Origin: Candidatus Omnitrophota bacterium
Lineage (GTDB): Bacteria > Omnitrophota > Omnitrophia > Omnitrophales > Aquincolibacteriaceae
Assembly (NCBI GenBank): GCA_022705945.1
Contig: JAKJDL010000009.1
Span: 1 to 63,914, forward strand
Direction of reading: 5' to 3'
DNA: 63,914 nt
Positions 39,445 to 50,272 of the stretch are shown piece by piece. The translations under genes were made by a program, and so were the position numbers. Positions within the stretch are counted from its first letter, which is position 1; the number at the start of each line of letters is the position of its first letter. The notes beneath the pieces are model-generated. The model made no database searches, was not told the origin of the DNA, and saw nothing but the letters and a program-made list of their open reading frames with translations.

Positions 39445-41028
39445 TCAGACACGAACATCTATTCTGGTACAGGGTGATGAAGGCTCTTGAGCCCGTTTCG
39501 GTTCCTGACAAACCTTGTTCAGCGCAAAAAGATAGGCCCGAACGCTTGCTTCAATAATGTCAGTGCTAGTCCCGCGTCCGGTGACTTCTTTCGTCCCCAG
39601 CACGAGTTTGACGACTACTTCTCCAAGCGCGTCCTTCCCCCCCGTAACGGATTGAAGGCCGTAGTGAACGAGCTGAGCCTTGGATTGAGCGATCTTTTCG
39701 ATCGCCTTGTAACAGGCATCCACGGGCCCGTCGCCGGTCGAGCTCGCCTCGCTGATTTCTCCGTGGCGCGAAAGTTTGATCGTCGCGGACGGCATCTGTC
39801 CCGTCTCGGAAATCACTTTCATCGAGACAAGCTTCCACGTTTCCGGAATCTGGCTGACCTGATCCTGAAGGATCGCCTCAAGGTCCTCGTCAAAAATATA
39901 CTTCTTTTTATCCGCCAGGGTCTTGAATTTCAGGAAGGCTTCATCCAGCTCCGCGGCCGAAAGGTTGAATCCGAGTTTTTTTACACGGACCGAAAAAGCG
40001 TGTTTGCCGGAAAGTTTCCCGAGCATCAGCTGACTTCCGGCCAAACCGATCTTCTTGGGATTCATGATCTCGTAGGTCTGTCGTTTTTTGAGAACTCCGT
40101 CCTGGTGGATCCCGGAGGCGTGCCAGAAAGCATTCCGTCCGACAATAGCCCGGTTCGGCTGGACGACCATGCCCGTCAGGTGCGACACAAGCCGCGAAGT
40201 TTTCATAATTTCGGACAATTTGACATCCGTGTAACATTTCATAAAATCCCTGCGCGTGTTGATCGCCATGACGATCTCTTCCATCGAGGCGTTCCCCGCC
40301 CGTTCACCGATCGCGTTCACGGTACATTCGACCTGGTTCGCTCCCGCGTGGATCGCGGCAAGCGAATTTGCCGTCGCGAGTCCGAGGTCGTTATGACAGT
40401 GAACGGACAAAACAACCTGTTTGCCCAACTCCGGGTTCTTCCTGATCAGGAATCGTATCAACTCGGCAAACTCCTGCGGGACCGTGTAGCCGACCGTGTC
40501 GGGAATATTGACCGAGGTCGCTCCGGCATCGATCGCCGCGCGCACCACCTCCGCGAGAAAATTCCGTTCGGTGCGCGACGCATCCTCGGGCGAAAACTCC
40601 ACCTGCCTGAAATCCTTCCTGGCTGACCGGATATTCTTCACAGCCATCTCGATAATCTCGCGTTTATTTTTCTTCAGCTTAAAATCGCGATGAATCTGCG
40701 ATGTCGCAAGAAAAACATGCAGGCGCTTCTTTGCCGCTTTTTCAAGAGCCCGCCGACAGGCATCAATATCCCGCGGGATCATCCGGGAAAGACCGCAGAT
40801 CACAGGCTTCCTCACCTGGGCCGCCACCATGGCGACAGCCTTCATTTCACCTTCCGAAGAGGCCGGGAAACCCGCCTCAATCACATCGATATTGAGCCGC
40901 TCAAGCTGTATGGCGATCTTAAGTTTCTCATCGGGCGTGAGGGAGGCCCCCGGCGATTGCTCGCCGTCACGGAGCGTTGTGTCAAATATGTGGATTTTTC
41001 TTTTCGGTTTGTTTTTCATGTCACTCAT
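39445..41028 (-). CDS. leuA: 2-isopropylmalate synthase
   Basis: IFDTTLRDGEQSPG, HCHNDLGLA, IGERAGNA, GIHQDG, C-terminal regulatory domain (GDGPVDA, TDIIEAS); start at 41028 or 41019. Confidence 0.96.
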   Translation of the reverse strand: MSDMKNKPKRKIHIFDTTLRDGEQSPGASLTPDEKLKIAIQLERLNIDVIEAGFPASSEGEMKAVAMVAAQVRKPVICGLSRMIPRDIDACRRALEKAAKKRLHVFLATSQIHRDFKLKKNKREIIEMAVKNIRSARKDFRQVEFSPEDASRTERNFLAEVVRAAIDAGATSVNIPDTVGYTVPQEFAELIRFLIRKNPELGKQVVLSVHCHNDLGLATANSLAAIHAGANQVECTVNAIGERAGNASMEEIVMAINTRRDFMKCYTDVKLSEIMKTSRLVSHLTGMVVQPNRAIVGRNAFWHASGIHQDGVLKKRQTYEIMNPKKIGLAGSQLMLGKLSGKHAFSVRVKKLGFNLSAAELDEAFLKFKTLADKKKYIFDEDLEAILQDQVSQIPETWKLVSMKVISETGQMPSATIKLSRHGEISEASSTGDGPVDACYKAIEKIAQSKAQLVHYGLQSVTGGKDALGEVVVKLVLGTKEVTGRGTSTDIIEASVRAYLFALNKVCQEPKRAQEPSSPCTRIDVRV

Positions 41029-41135
41029 AAATCCGGGGTTCGGGGCTTGCGCCTCGCCCGTCTTCATGATCCCGCAAAAGGGACTCGCCCGGGATCCCCG
41101 CTTGTTCGAGGCGCGAGAGGCAAGTCCCTTTGCTT

Positions 41136-42134
41136 TTATTTTTTATTGATGAACTCCATCATTTTCCGGAGGCGATCGCCCGTCTCTTCGATCGTGTGTT
41201 TCTCGCATTTCTCACGCATTTGTTTGAAGCCGGGACGGCCTTTCCGGTTTTCTTCCATCCACTCCTTCGCAAACTTGCCGTTCACGACCTCTTCGAGCAT
41301 TTTTTTCATCTCTTTGCGGGTCTCCGCCGTGATCACACGGGAGCCGCGGCTGTATCCGCCGTATTCTGCCGTATCGGAAACGCGCTTATACATTCCGGCG
41401 ATCCCGGAAACGAACATCGCGTCCACAATGAGCTTCACCTCATGAAGACACTCAAAATAGGCCATCTCGGGCTGATAGCCCGCTTCCACCAGTGTGTCAA
41501 AACCGGCCGTGATCAGTTCGCTCAGGCCCCCGCAAAGTACCGCCTGCTCGCCGAAAAGATCCGTTTCGGTTTCTTCCTTGAAGGTAGTTTCGATCACGCC
41601 CGCGCGGGTGCCGCCAATCGCTTTCGAGTAGGCAAGACCGGTCTGGAGCGCTTTCCCGCTCGGGTTCTGTTTTACCGCAACCAGACACGGAACACCGCCC
41701 CCTTCCACAAACTGGGAGCGCACGAGTGATCCCGGACCTTTCGGAGCAACCATAAAAACATCGATCTCCGGAGCCGGATTGATGTAGCCGTAATGAATAT
41801 TAAACCCGTGCGAAAAACACAGCGCCTTGCCGGCCTTGAGGTTCGGAGCAATGTGCTTTTCATAAATCTGGGCCTGCAGATGGTCCTGGGTCAGGATCTG
41901 GATGATATCCGCCTGTTTCGCGGCCTCTTCGGCCGAAACCGGTCTGAAACCGTCCTTGACGGCCGTTTCGTAGTTAGGGGTTCCTTCGAGTTCCGAAACA
42001 AGAACATCCACTCCCGAATCGCGGAGGTTTAAACCCTGACCGCGACCCTGAATCCCGTATCCGATGATGGCGACTTTCTTGCCCTTGAGAAGATTCAGAT
42101 CCGCATCCTTATCGTAATAGATCTTGACTGCCAT
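41136..42134 (-). CDS. ilvC: Ketol-acid reductoisomerase
   Basis: [53 protein letters not shown]. Confidence 0.98.
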   Translation of the reverse strand: MAVKIYYDKDADLNLLKGKKVAIIGYGIQGRGQGLNLRDSGVDVLVSELEGTPNYETAVKDGFRPVSAEEAAKQADIIQILTQDHLQAQIYEKHIAPNLKAGKALCFSHGFNIHYGYINPAPEIDVFMVAPKGPGSLVRSQFVEGGGVPCLVAVKQNPSGKALQTGLAYSKAIGGTRAGVIETTFKEETETDLFGEQAVLCGGLSELITAGFDTLVEAGYQPEMAYFECLHEVKLIVDAMFVSGIAGMYKRVSDTAEYGGYSRGSRVITAETRKEMKKMLEEVVNGKFAKEWMEENRKGRPGFKQMREKCEKHTIEETGDRLRKMMEFINKK

Positions 42135-42193
42135 TTTAGTTTCCTTTCGTTGTTTTCGTTCGCCGCGCAACGTTTAAATCCGCTGCGCGATTG

Positions 42194-42733
42194 TTATGAT
42201 TTCTTTTTCTTCGCTCTCTTCTTATTACCGGCGCCTTTCTTGCGGGGTAATTTCATCTCGTGACGGCGCGCCATCGCAATCTGTCCGGTCCTGACTACTT
42301 CACGGAGGTTGAACGGCCGGAGAAGCTCCAGTATCGCGTCGATCTTTCCTTCGCTGCCGGTCACTTCGATGGTCATGCTGTCCGGGCTTACATCCACGAT
42401 CTTGGCCCGGAACGTATTGACGACATGCATGATATCATTGCGGTTCGAGGCGTTCGCGCCGAGTTTGATCAAAACCAGCTCGCGCTCGATCACGTCTTTA
42501 TCCGTCACGTTCTCGACGCAGATCACATCCACAAGCTTCCCGAGCTGTTTCATGATCTGGTCCACAACATGGTCGTCTCCCTGCGCAATTACCGTCATGC
42601 GGGAAACCTCGGGATCCTGGGTCTCGCCAACCGCAAGGCTGTCGATATTAAAACCGCGCGCGGAAAAAAGCCCTGCCACGCGAGCCAGCACGCCGAAATG
42701 ATTCTCCACCAGAACCGAGATAGTGTGTTTCAT
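42194..42733 (-). CDS. ilvN: Acetolactate synthase small subunit
   Basis: HTISVLVENHFGVLARVAGLFSARGFNIDSL, RELVLIK, EVVRTG. Confidence 0.97.
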   Translation of the reverse strand: MKHTISVLVENHFGVLARVAGLFSARGFNIDSLAVGETQDPEVSRMTVIAQGDDHVVDQIMKQLGKLVDVICVENVTDKDVIERELVLIKLGANASNRNDIMHVVNTFRAKIVDVSPDSMTIEVTGSEGKIDAILELLRPFNLREVVRTGQIAMARRHEMKLPRKKGAGNKKRAKKKKS

Positions 42734-42818
42734 TTTCCTAGTCCTCGTTTTGAGTTAACCGCTTTTCCCGCGCCCGAACAAAATAACATCGCCGGGACAC
42801 AATCAATCCGGTGATTGA

Positions 42819-44504
42819 TTATGCCATATCCATGATCTGGTCGAGCGCGTTGCCTGCCGGCACCATCGGATACACGTTCGATTCGGGCATGACCTCGCAG
42901 TGAACCGCCACCGGCCCCTGATATTTGAGGGCTTTGCGGATCACGGGAACAACATCCTTTTTTGTCCTTATCCTGAGAGCGAGGATCCCGTAAGCTTCAA
43001 CCAGTTTGACAAAATCCGGGTTGGTCGGTCCCGTTACGGAACCGGAATAGCGCCGTTTATAAAAGAACTCCTGCCATTGGCGGACCATTCCGTAATAACC
43101 GTTATCCATAATGAAAAGCTTGAGCGGAACCTTATTATAGGCCGCTGTGGCCAGTTCGGTCATCGTCATCTGAAAAGAGCCGTCTCCTTCAACGCACACC
43201 ACGGTCGCTTTGGGGCACGCGATCTGCGCTCCGATCGCGGCCGGGAAACCGTATCCCATCGTCCCAAGGCCCCCGGAAGAAAGCATTGTGCGGGGCTTTT
43301 TGAACTTGTACCACTGCGCCGTCCACATCTGATGCTGGCCGACTCCCGTCACAACGATCGCTTCATGCCGCGTCAACTCGCCGAGCGTCTCGATCACGTA
43401 TTCCTGGAGTACTTTCCCGGTTTTGACATTGTATTTCATCGGAAACTTTTTCTTCCACTCCGCGATCTGATCCAGCCAGGGTTTGATGTCTCCGCGTTTA
43501 TCCCCGACCAGGGGAAGAAGCCGGGTGATTGCCGTCTTCGCGTCGCTCACGATCGGCACGTGCGCCTTTACGGTTTTTGAGATCGAGGCCGGATCAATAT
43601 CGATATGCACGATCTTCGCGTGAGGCGCGAACTTGGCGACATTCCCGGTCACGCGGTCGTCAAACCGGGCCCCGATCCCGATCAGGAGATCGGCATTCTG
43701 AACCGAATAATTCGCGTAGTGTGTCCCGTGCATACCGAGCATTCTCAGGGAAAGCGGATGCGTCTCGGGAAAAATGCCGAGGCCGAGGATTGTTGTCGTG
43801 ATCGGGATTCCCGTCTTTTTGACAAGTTCCCTGACCTCGCGTTCCGCTCCCGAAACGATCGCTCCGCCCCCGACATAAAGGACGGGCCGCTTGCTTTGTT
43901 TGATCAACCCCGCAACCTTGCGGATCTGGGGAACCGCGTTCGGATCTTCATCGAACGGCCGGTAAGAGCGGATAAAAACCTGCTCCGGCCAGATAAATTT
44001 GGTTTTGGCCCGGCTGACATCGACCGGAAAATCAATCAGCACGGGGCCCGGACGTCCGGTCGTCGCGATATGGAAAGCTTCGCGTACGATCCGCGCAATT
44101 TCTTTCACGTCCTTGATCAGAAAGTTATGCTTGGTGACCGGCCGGGTGATCCCGACGATATCCACTTCCTGGAACGCGTCGCTCCCGATCGCATTCGTCA
44201 CCACCTGGCCCGTGATGCAAACCATGGGGACACAGTCCATGTAAGCCGTGGCTAATCCGGTCACGGTATTAGTCGCCGCGGGTCCCGAAGTCACCATACA
44301 AACCCCCGGACGTCCCGAGGCGCGCGCGTAGCCGTCCGCCATATGCGTCGCGCCCTGCTCGTGCTTCGTAAGGATCAGTTTGATCCTGGAATCGTAGAGC
44401 ACATCGTAAGTCGGCAGAATCACCCCGCCGGGGAGGCCGAAAATATGCTTCACACCTTCCAGCTCGAGGCTCTTGATCAAGATTTGCGCACCGGTCAATT
44501 CCAT
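42819..44504 (-). CDS. ilvB: Acetolactate synthase large subunit
   Basis: KHEQGATHMADGYAR, TSGPAATN, AFQEVD, GRPGPV, RFDDRVTG, GDGSFQM, NGYYGMVRQWQ. Confidence 0.98.
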   Translation of the reverse strand: MELTGAQILIKSLELEGVKHIFGLPGGVILPTYDVLYDSRIKLILTKHEQGATHMADGYARASGRPGVCMVTSGPAATNTVTGLATAYMDCVPMVCITGQVVTNAIGSDAFQEVDIVGITRPVTKHNFLIKDVKEIARIVREAFHIATTGRPGPVLIDFPVDVSRAKTKFIWPEQVFIRSYRPFDEDPNAVPQIRKVAGLIKQSKRPVLYVGGGAIVSGAEREVRELVKKTGIPITTTILGLGIFPETHPLSLRMLGMHGTHYANYSVQNADLLIGIGARFDDRVTGNVAKFAPHAKIVHIDIDPASISKTVKAHVPIVSDAKTAITRLLPLVGDKRGDIKPWLDQIAEWKKKFPMKYNVKTGKVLQEYVIETLGELTRHEAIVVTGVGQHQMWTAQWYKFKKPRTMLSSGGLGTMGYGFPAAIGAQIACPKATVVCVEGDGSFQMTMTELATAAYNKVPLKLFIMDNGYYGMVRQWQEFFYKRRYSGSVTGPTNPDFVKLVEAYGILALRIRTKKDVVPVIRKALKYQGPVAVHCEVMPESNVYPMVPAGNALDQIMDMA

Positions 44505-44538
44505 AAATTTTCCTTATTTATTATTTAATAATAAAACT

Positions 44539-45396
44539 TTATACCGTAAAAAAATCCTTTACGCCCTTTTTGAATTTCTCTTTAAATCCCTTTCGGGACC
44601 TTTCAACAAGGGCGTTAAGGTCCTGCCCCGTGGTTTCAAGCCATGCGTAAATTTCTTTCTTGAACTCCAGGGAATTAAATCCCTCCGCATTCGGGACCGC
44701 AACCAGCTTGATGGGATACCCTTTTTCCTGCAAGGTATCCAGCCACTTCTGATTGAGCGCCCTGGCCTCGGGCTGATCGTCCCGGAAGGCAACAAAAAAC
44801 GGAACCTGTTTTGCCGGATCGGAGCTTGCATGAAAAAGCTTCTCGAAAGTCCCCGCCCAAGCCTGCCCCAAAAGAGCAACCCCGGAAAATTCCCGGCTAT
44901 ACTGCATCGCGAGATAGGCCGCGTATTGTGCGCCGGTATTTTCCCCGATCAGATAAACCCTCTTCCTGTCGATCGGGAAGCGGTCCATCACATCTTTTTT
45001 CACCTGAAGCAGCCAAAGGTCCAGCTGGACCGGAATGTCGCCCCCCTTGGTCCGCTGTCCCTTGGTGGAAAGAATAAAGATCATTTCCCGGTCAGCCAAC
45101 CCCTTAAAATACATGATGCCTTCTTCTGCCCCGGCACTCTCGCTCGGTGAGACCACGATCATCGGGTAGCTTCTATCCGGCCGATACCCTTGCGGCGCGT
45201 AAAGGAAAACCGGATATTTATAATCCGAGATCGATAAAAGTCCCGACGGAAACGGGTTCGCTATTGCTGCCGGCGATGCGGGCACCGCATCCTGGACCGC
45301 CGCCGCATCCACAAGCTCCTCCGCTGAAACTGCCGGATTAAAAATAAAAACGGCCGCACAAAAAAGGACAAAGATGCTCTTGAGTTTATTTTTCAT
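44539..45396 (-). CDS. Exported alpha/beta-hydrolase-fold protein lacking the catalytic Ser
   Basis: Signal peptide; FLYAPQGYRPDRSYPMIV; IDRKRVYLIGENTGAQYA at the nucleophile elbow; start at MKNKL. Confidence 0.7.
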   Translation of the reverse strand: MKNKLKSIFVLFCAAVFIFNPAVSAEELVDAAAVQDAVPASPAAIANPFPSGLLSISDYKYPVFLYAPQGYRPDRSYPMIVVSPSESAGAEEGIMYFKGLADREMIFILSTKGQRTKGGDIPVQLDLWLLQVKKDVMDRFPIDRKRVYLIGENTGAQYAAYLAMQYSREFSGVALLGQAWAGTFEKLFHASSDPAKQVPFFVAFRDDQPEARALNQKWLDTLQEKGYPIKLVAVPNAEGFNSLEFKKEIYAWLETTGQDLNALVERSRKGFKEKFKKGVKDFFTV

Positions 45397-45456
45397 ATGG
45401 TTACCTTTGATCTCGCGAGGTGAATGATGTAAGTGACTGAAACCAAAGAGGTTATT

Positions 45457-45484
45457 ATTATAGCGATTCACTCTGGTATGTCAA
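45457..45484 (-). promoter_or_regulatory. Consensus sigma70 promoter
   Basis: TTGACA (45484-45479), 16-nt spacer, TATAAT (45462-45457). Confidence 0.75.
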
Positions 45485-45618
45485 AGACAGACTGGAGCAG
45501 GCAACTAGCAGGTGGAGGCATCACTTCTTTGCAAATCTTTATTTGGGGAATTTTTTATAACTCTTTACAAGAAAACAACTTAAGTAATTCCAGGGAAGAA
45601 CTTCCGGGTGCTTCGGTG

Positions 45619-46052
45619 CTAACGCGGGGCGCTCGTTTTGGAAGATAAAGTCTTTTTTTTGTCGGGAAGCGTCGTCCCGGATCCGGGGGCCGCAGGACCT
45701 GTTTTTTTAACAGCATCGCTTCCGGCTTTCTGCACATCCGCCGCCGAATCGGTCGCGGCGACCGGTCCGGCCGATCGTCCCTTGGTCGCAAATTCGTAAA
45801 TGATTTCACCCGGTTTCACAAACCCGAGTTCCTCACGGATCACCTTCTCCAGATACTCGACATCATTCTGGAGAAGGTATTTCTCATCGGCAAGCGCCTT
45901 AATCTTGGCGTCAATCTCCCGTATCCGCCTTACAAGCCTCTCCTCTTCCTGCTTCAGCTCATGGTACCGGGAATAAGAAGGCAGATAAATCCAGCAGAGA
46001 ACCAGAATTACCGCCAGGACAATCCCGGAGAAGATGAAAAATTTTTTCAGCA

Positions 46053-46053
<1 letters not shown>
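45619..46053 (-). CDS. ftsB: Septum formation initiator (FtsB/DivIC family)
   Basis: N-terminal TM, coiled coil, YLEKVIREELGFVKPGEIIY; TAATG coupling to eno, the usual eno-ftsB context. Confidence 0.88.
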
Positions 46054-47453
<1,400 letters not shown>

Positions 47454-47463
47454 TCAAGCCGTG

Positions 47464-47491
47464 ATTATAACAAATCCCCGAAGGGTGTCTA
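47464..47491 (-). promoter_or_regulatory. Sigma70-type promoter upstream of eno
   Basis: TAGACA (47491-47486), 16-nt spacer, TG-extended TATAAT (47469-47464). Confidence 0.65.
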
Positions 47492-47538
47492 TAGTAACAG
47501 GCCCGGCCCAAGACAGGGTCGGACTTTGTCTCGACGGA

Positions 47539-48120
47539 TCAACGGACTTTTACTTTTCCGCTCAACACAAGGCTGAGGGCCTCGGGATAGATCCGATACT
47601 CGAGCTCGTGTATCCTGGCTTCCAGGGCTTCCAGCGTGTCTTCCGGAAAAACGGGAACTTTGCGCTGGAGGATGACGGGGCCGGTATCCACATCGCTATC
47701 GACAAAATGCACCGTAACGCCGGTCTCTTTCACTTTCGCATCCCACGCGTCTTTGATCGCGTGAGCGCCGGGAAACGCGGGAAGAAGCGCAGGATGAATG
47801 TTGATGATGCGGCCGTAATATTTTCTGACAAAGCCTTCGGTCAGGACACGCATGAATCCGCAAAGACAGACCAGGTCGATCTTGTGCTCATCGATACATC
47901 CGGCAAGCGCTTCGTCAAAAGCTTCACGCGAGTGATAGTCTTTATGAGAAATAACGACGGAAGGGACTCCGAACTCTTCGGCGCGCTCCAGGGCTTTCAC
48001 GCCCGACTTGTTCGAAATCACGAGCGCGGCCTCGGCAGGAATCTCTCCCGCGCTGATCCGCTTCACGAGGTTAGCCATATTCGTGCCGCTGCCTGAGACA
48101 AAAAAAGCCACTCTCTTCAT
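47539..48120 (-). CDS. purN: Phosphoribosylglycinamide formyltransferase
   Basis: VSGSGTN, LCGFMRVL, INIHPALLPAF, TGVTVHFV, DTGPVILQ. Confidence 0.97.
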   Translation of the reverse strand: MKRVAFFVSGSGTNMANLVKRISAGEIPAEAALVISNKSGVKALERAEEFGVPSVVISHKDYHSREAFDEALAGCIDEHKIDLVCLCGFMRVLTEGFVRKYYGRIINIHPALLPAFPGAHAIKDAWDAKVKETGVTVHFVDSDVDTGPVILQRKVPVFPEDTLEALEARIHELEYRIYPEALSLVLSGKVKVR

Positions 48121-48386
48121 GTCAGCCGCCCCGTTAGAGATAGGAAACGCTTCAATCTGTTTTTAAAGTATCGTTTCCCCACACCTGATTCCGAATACTT
48201 TTCTCTTGTCATAGCATCCTCACGGCAAACACAGGCCTCACAACAAATGAGTTTGAAAGGCCCCCTGCCTTCCGTCAATGGGACTTCCCCGGCATTATGT
48301 TGACTGAAGCGTTTCTGTAAATCCGCCGCATATCCGGCATATCATCGCCCATCTTTTTTGCTGAGAAGAACATATATGTAATACAT
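48117..48386 (-). pseudogene. Stand-alone GIY-YIG nuclease pseudogene (in-frame TGA at codon 15)
   Basis: My translation: MYYIYVLLSKKDGR*YAGYAADLQKRFSQHNAGEVPLTEGRGPFKLICCEACVCREDAMTREKYSESGVGKRYFKNRLKRFLSLTGRLT*; final stop overlaps the purN ATG. Confidence 0.88.
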
Positions 48387-48406
48387 ATTTAAATCTCTAA
48401 CGGGGC
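48128..48406. mobile_element. 279-bp cassette bounded by perfect 14-bp inverted repeats around the GIY-YIG gene
   Basis: GCCCCGTTAGAGAT (48128-48141) and ATCTCTAACGGGGC (48393-48406); mobility itself is inferred. Confidence 0.6.
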
Positions 48407-48531
48407 CATGTCGGCGCCGGAACCGGAAACCGGGGATGCGATACATTTCATACAAATTCCGCCCTGCGGATAACGGAAAGAGGATGTGGTTTGATTTAAC
48501 GCTTTCCGCCATCCGCCGCTCATTATCCGGT

Positions 48532-49218
48532 TCATTCAAACACCTTTTTTCGATTCTTTCCCGACACCAAAACCACCATCTCCCCTTTCAGACTGCGCTT
48601 TTCGGCCGCGCTCACAAGCTCCGAAAGCCTGCCGCGTAAAAACTCTTCGAACTTTTTTGTGAGTTCTCTTGCCACGACCGCTTCGCGATCACCGAACACT
48701 TCGAACATATCCCTGAGTGTCGAGGGCAGGCGGAACGGTGACTCAAAAAAGATCAGCGTCTCTTCCCGGTCAGCGAATCTTGCAAGTTGTCTTTTTCGGG
48801 CCGCGCTTTTATTCGGTAAAAATCCGAGAAATGAAAATTCATCGACCGCGAGGCCGCTCCCTACCAGGGCGGTCGTCACAGCCGAAGCGCCCGGAAGAAT
48901 TTCGAACGGGGCCTTCTCGCGGACAGCTTCCCTCACGAGGGTAAACCCGGGGTCCGAAATCGACGGCATCCCGCCGTCCGTCACAACGGCAACGCGCTTG
49001 CCCTGCCGCACAAGCGCGAGGATCTCATGAACACGGATCTCCGGGCTGTGTTCATAATAACTGAGGAGATGTTTTTCCGGGATTCCGTAATGCGTGAGAA
49101 GCTTGATCGTCTCCCGAGTATCTTCACAGGCGATGAAATCCGCGGCCCTGAGCGTTTCGACAGCCCGCACCGTTATATCTCCCAGATTTCCGATCGGCGT
49201 CGCGACAAGACTCAGCAT
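48532..49218 (-). CDS. rsmI: 16S rRNA C1402 2'-O-methyltransferase
   Basis: LVATPIGNLGDIT, ACEDTR, TDGGMPSISDPG, PGASA, GFLP, FESPFR, RELTKKFEE, GEMVV. Confidence 0.97.
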   Translation of the reverse strand: MLSLVATPIGNLGDITVRAVETLRAADFIACEDTRETIKLLTHYGIPEKHLLSYYEHSPEIRVHEILALVRQGKRVAVVTDGGMPSISDPGFTLVREAVREKAPFEILPGASAVTTALVGSGLAVDEFSFLGFLPNKSAARKRQLARFADREETLIFFESPFRLPSTLRDMFEVFGDREAVVARELTKKFEEFLRGRLSELVSAAEKRSLKGEMVVLVSGKNRKKVFE

Positions 49219-49222
49219 AAAT

Positions 49223-50230
49223 TCATCGCTCCCGCTGGATCACATAATCGGCAAGCGCGAGAAGGCTTGTTTTGAAACCGGATTCCGGGAAAACATCGAG
49301 CTCGAGTTTGGCACGGGCGATAAAATCCGCGGCTTTTTCCCGCGCGTAAGAAAGAGCGCCGGTCTTTTGCAGCAGTTTTTTCAGCATCGAAAACCGTTTA
49401 CCGTGGCTTCTCGCATGAAGGATCCGGACAACCCGGTCGCGTTCAGCGGACGCGAGACCCCTGATCACAGGAAGCGTGTAAACTCCTTCCTCAAGGTCCG
49501 AACCGAGTGTTTTCCCAAACTCGCTTTCACGTCCCGCAAAATCCAGATAATCATCGATGATCTGGAACGCCATCCCGAACGAATATCCGTAACGGCCTAG
49601 CGCTTCGAACTTTTTCTCTTCTATCCCCCATACCAGTGCGCCGGTCTGAAGCGCGCAGGCAAGAAGTGACGCTGTTTTTTTCCGGAGGATCTCGAAGTGA
49701 ACTTCCTCGGTCAGATTGATGTTGTTCTTTTCTCCGAGCTCCTGGACCTCCCCCTCGCAGATCTCGCCCGCAGTCTTCAAAAAAAGCGGGGTGATCCGGT
49801 CGTTGCCGTAGCGAAAGATCGTGACAACGGCCCGGTCATGCATGAAATCGCCGGCAAGAACGGCCGTCTGGGGTCCCCATTTCACATGGAGTGACGGGAG
49901 GCCGCGGCGGATCGGCGCGGAGTCGATAATGTCGTCGTGGATCAGTGTCGCGGCGTGGAAAATCTCGGTTGCCGCGGCCAGATGCAACTCGGCCGTCTCC
50001 TGCCGTTCGGAAATGATACCGGCCTCTTGCGCCAGGGAGCGCGCGATACCGCCCCCGAGAAGCAGCAGCGCGGGACGCAGTAGTTTGCCGTTCTTCGAAA
50101 AAAAATAGCGGATAACCTCTTCGAGGCGCACGCTCGGCGTCCTGAGCGTTTCCTCGATAATCCCGGGCACAAGGTCGAGACCGGCTTTCACGGGCGTATA
50201 AATCGATATAAGGTTCAGCGTCTGAGTCAT
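49223..50230 (-). CDS. Polyprenyl diphosphate synthase
   Basis: GKLLRP, HAATLIHDDIID...RRG, AVLAGD, KKTASL, AFQIIDDYLD, DLEEGVYTLP. Confidence 0.94.
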   Translation of the reverse strand: MTQTLNLISIYTPVKAGLDLVPGIIEETLRTPSVRLEEVIRYFFSKNGKLLRPALLLLGGGIARSLAQEAGIISERQETAELHLAAATEIFHAATLIHDDIIDSAPIRRGLPSLHVKWGPQTAVLAGDFMHDRAVVTIFRYGNDRITPLFLKTAGEICEGEVQELGEKNNINLTEEVHFEILRKKTASLLACALQTGALVWGIEEKKFEALGRYGYSFGMAFQIIDDYLDFAGRESEFGKTLGSDLEEGVYTLPVIRGLASAERDRVVRILHARSHGKRFSMLKKLLQKTGALSYAREKAADFIARAKLELDVFPESGFKTSLLALADYVIQRER

Positions 50231-50272
50231 AAGTTTCGTATTATATAACGGAAAAGGGCTTTTTCTTCCCCG

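Noticed and set aside
44505-44538. Leader-peptide attenuator upstream of ilvB
   Set aside because: The gap is only about 35 bp, AT-rich, with no Ile/Leu/Val-rich ORF or terminator.
48342-48344. TGA recoding (Trp/Gly/Sec) to rescue the GIY-YIG gene
   Set aside because: TGA ends many genes here with ATGA overlaps, and the gene shows other signs of decay; a nonsense mutation is simpler.
48342-48539. 65-aa ORF in the track
   Set aside because: Only its last 14 codons are meaningful; they are the start of the GIY-YIG pseudogene (ATG 48386).
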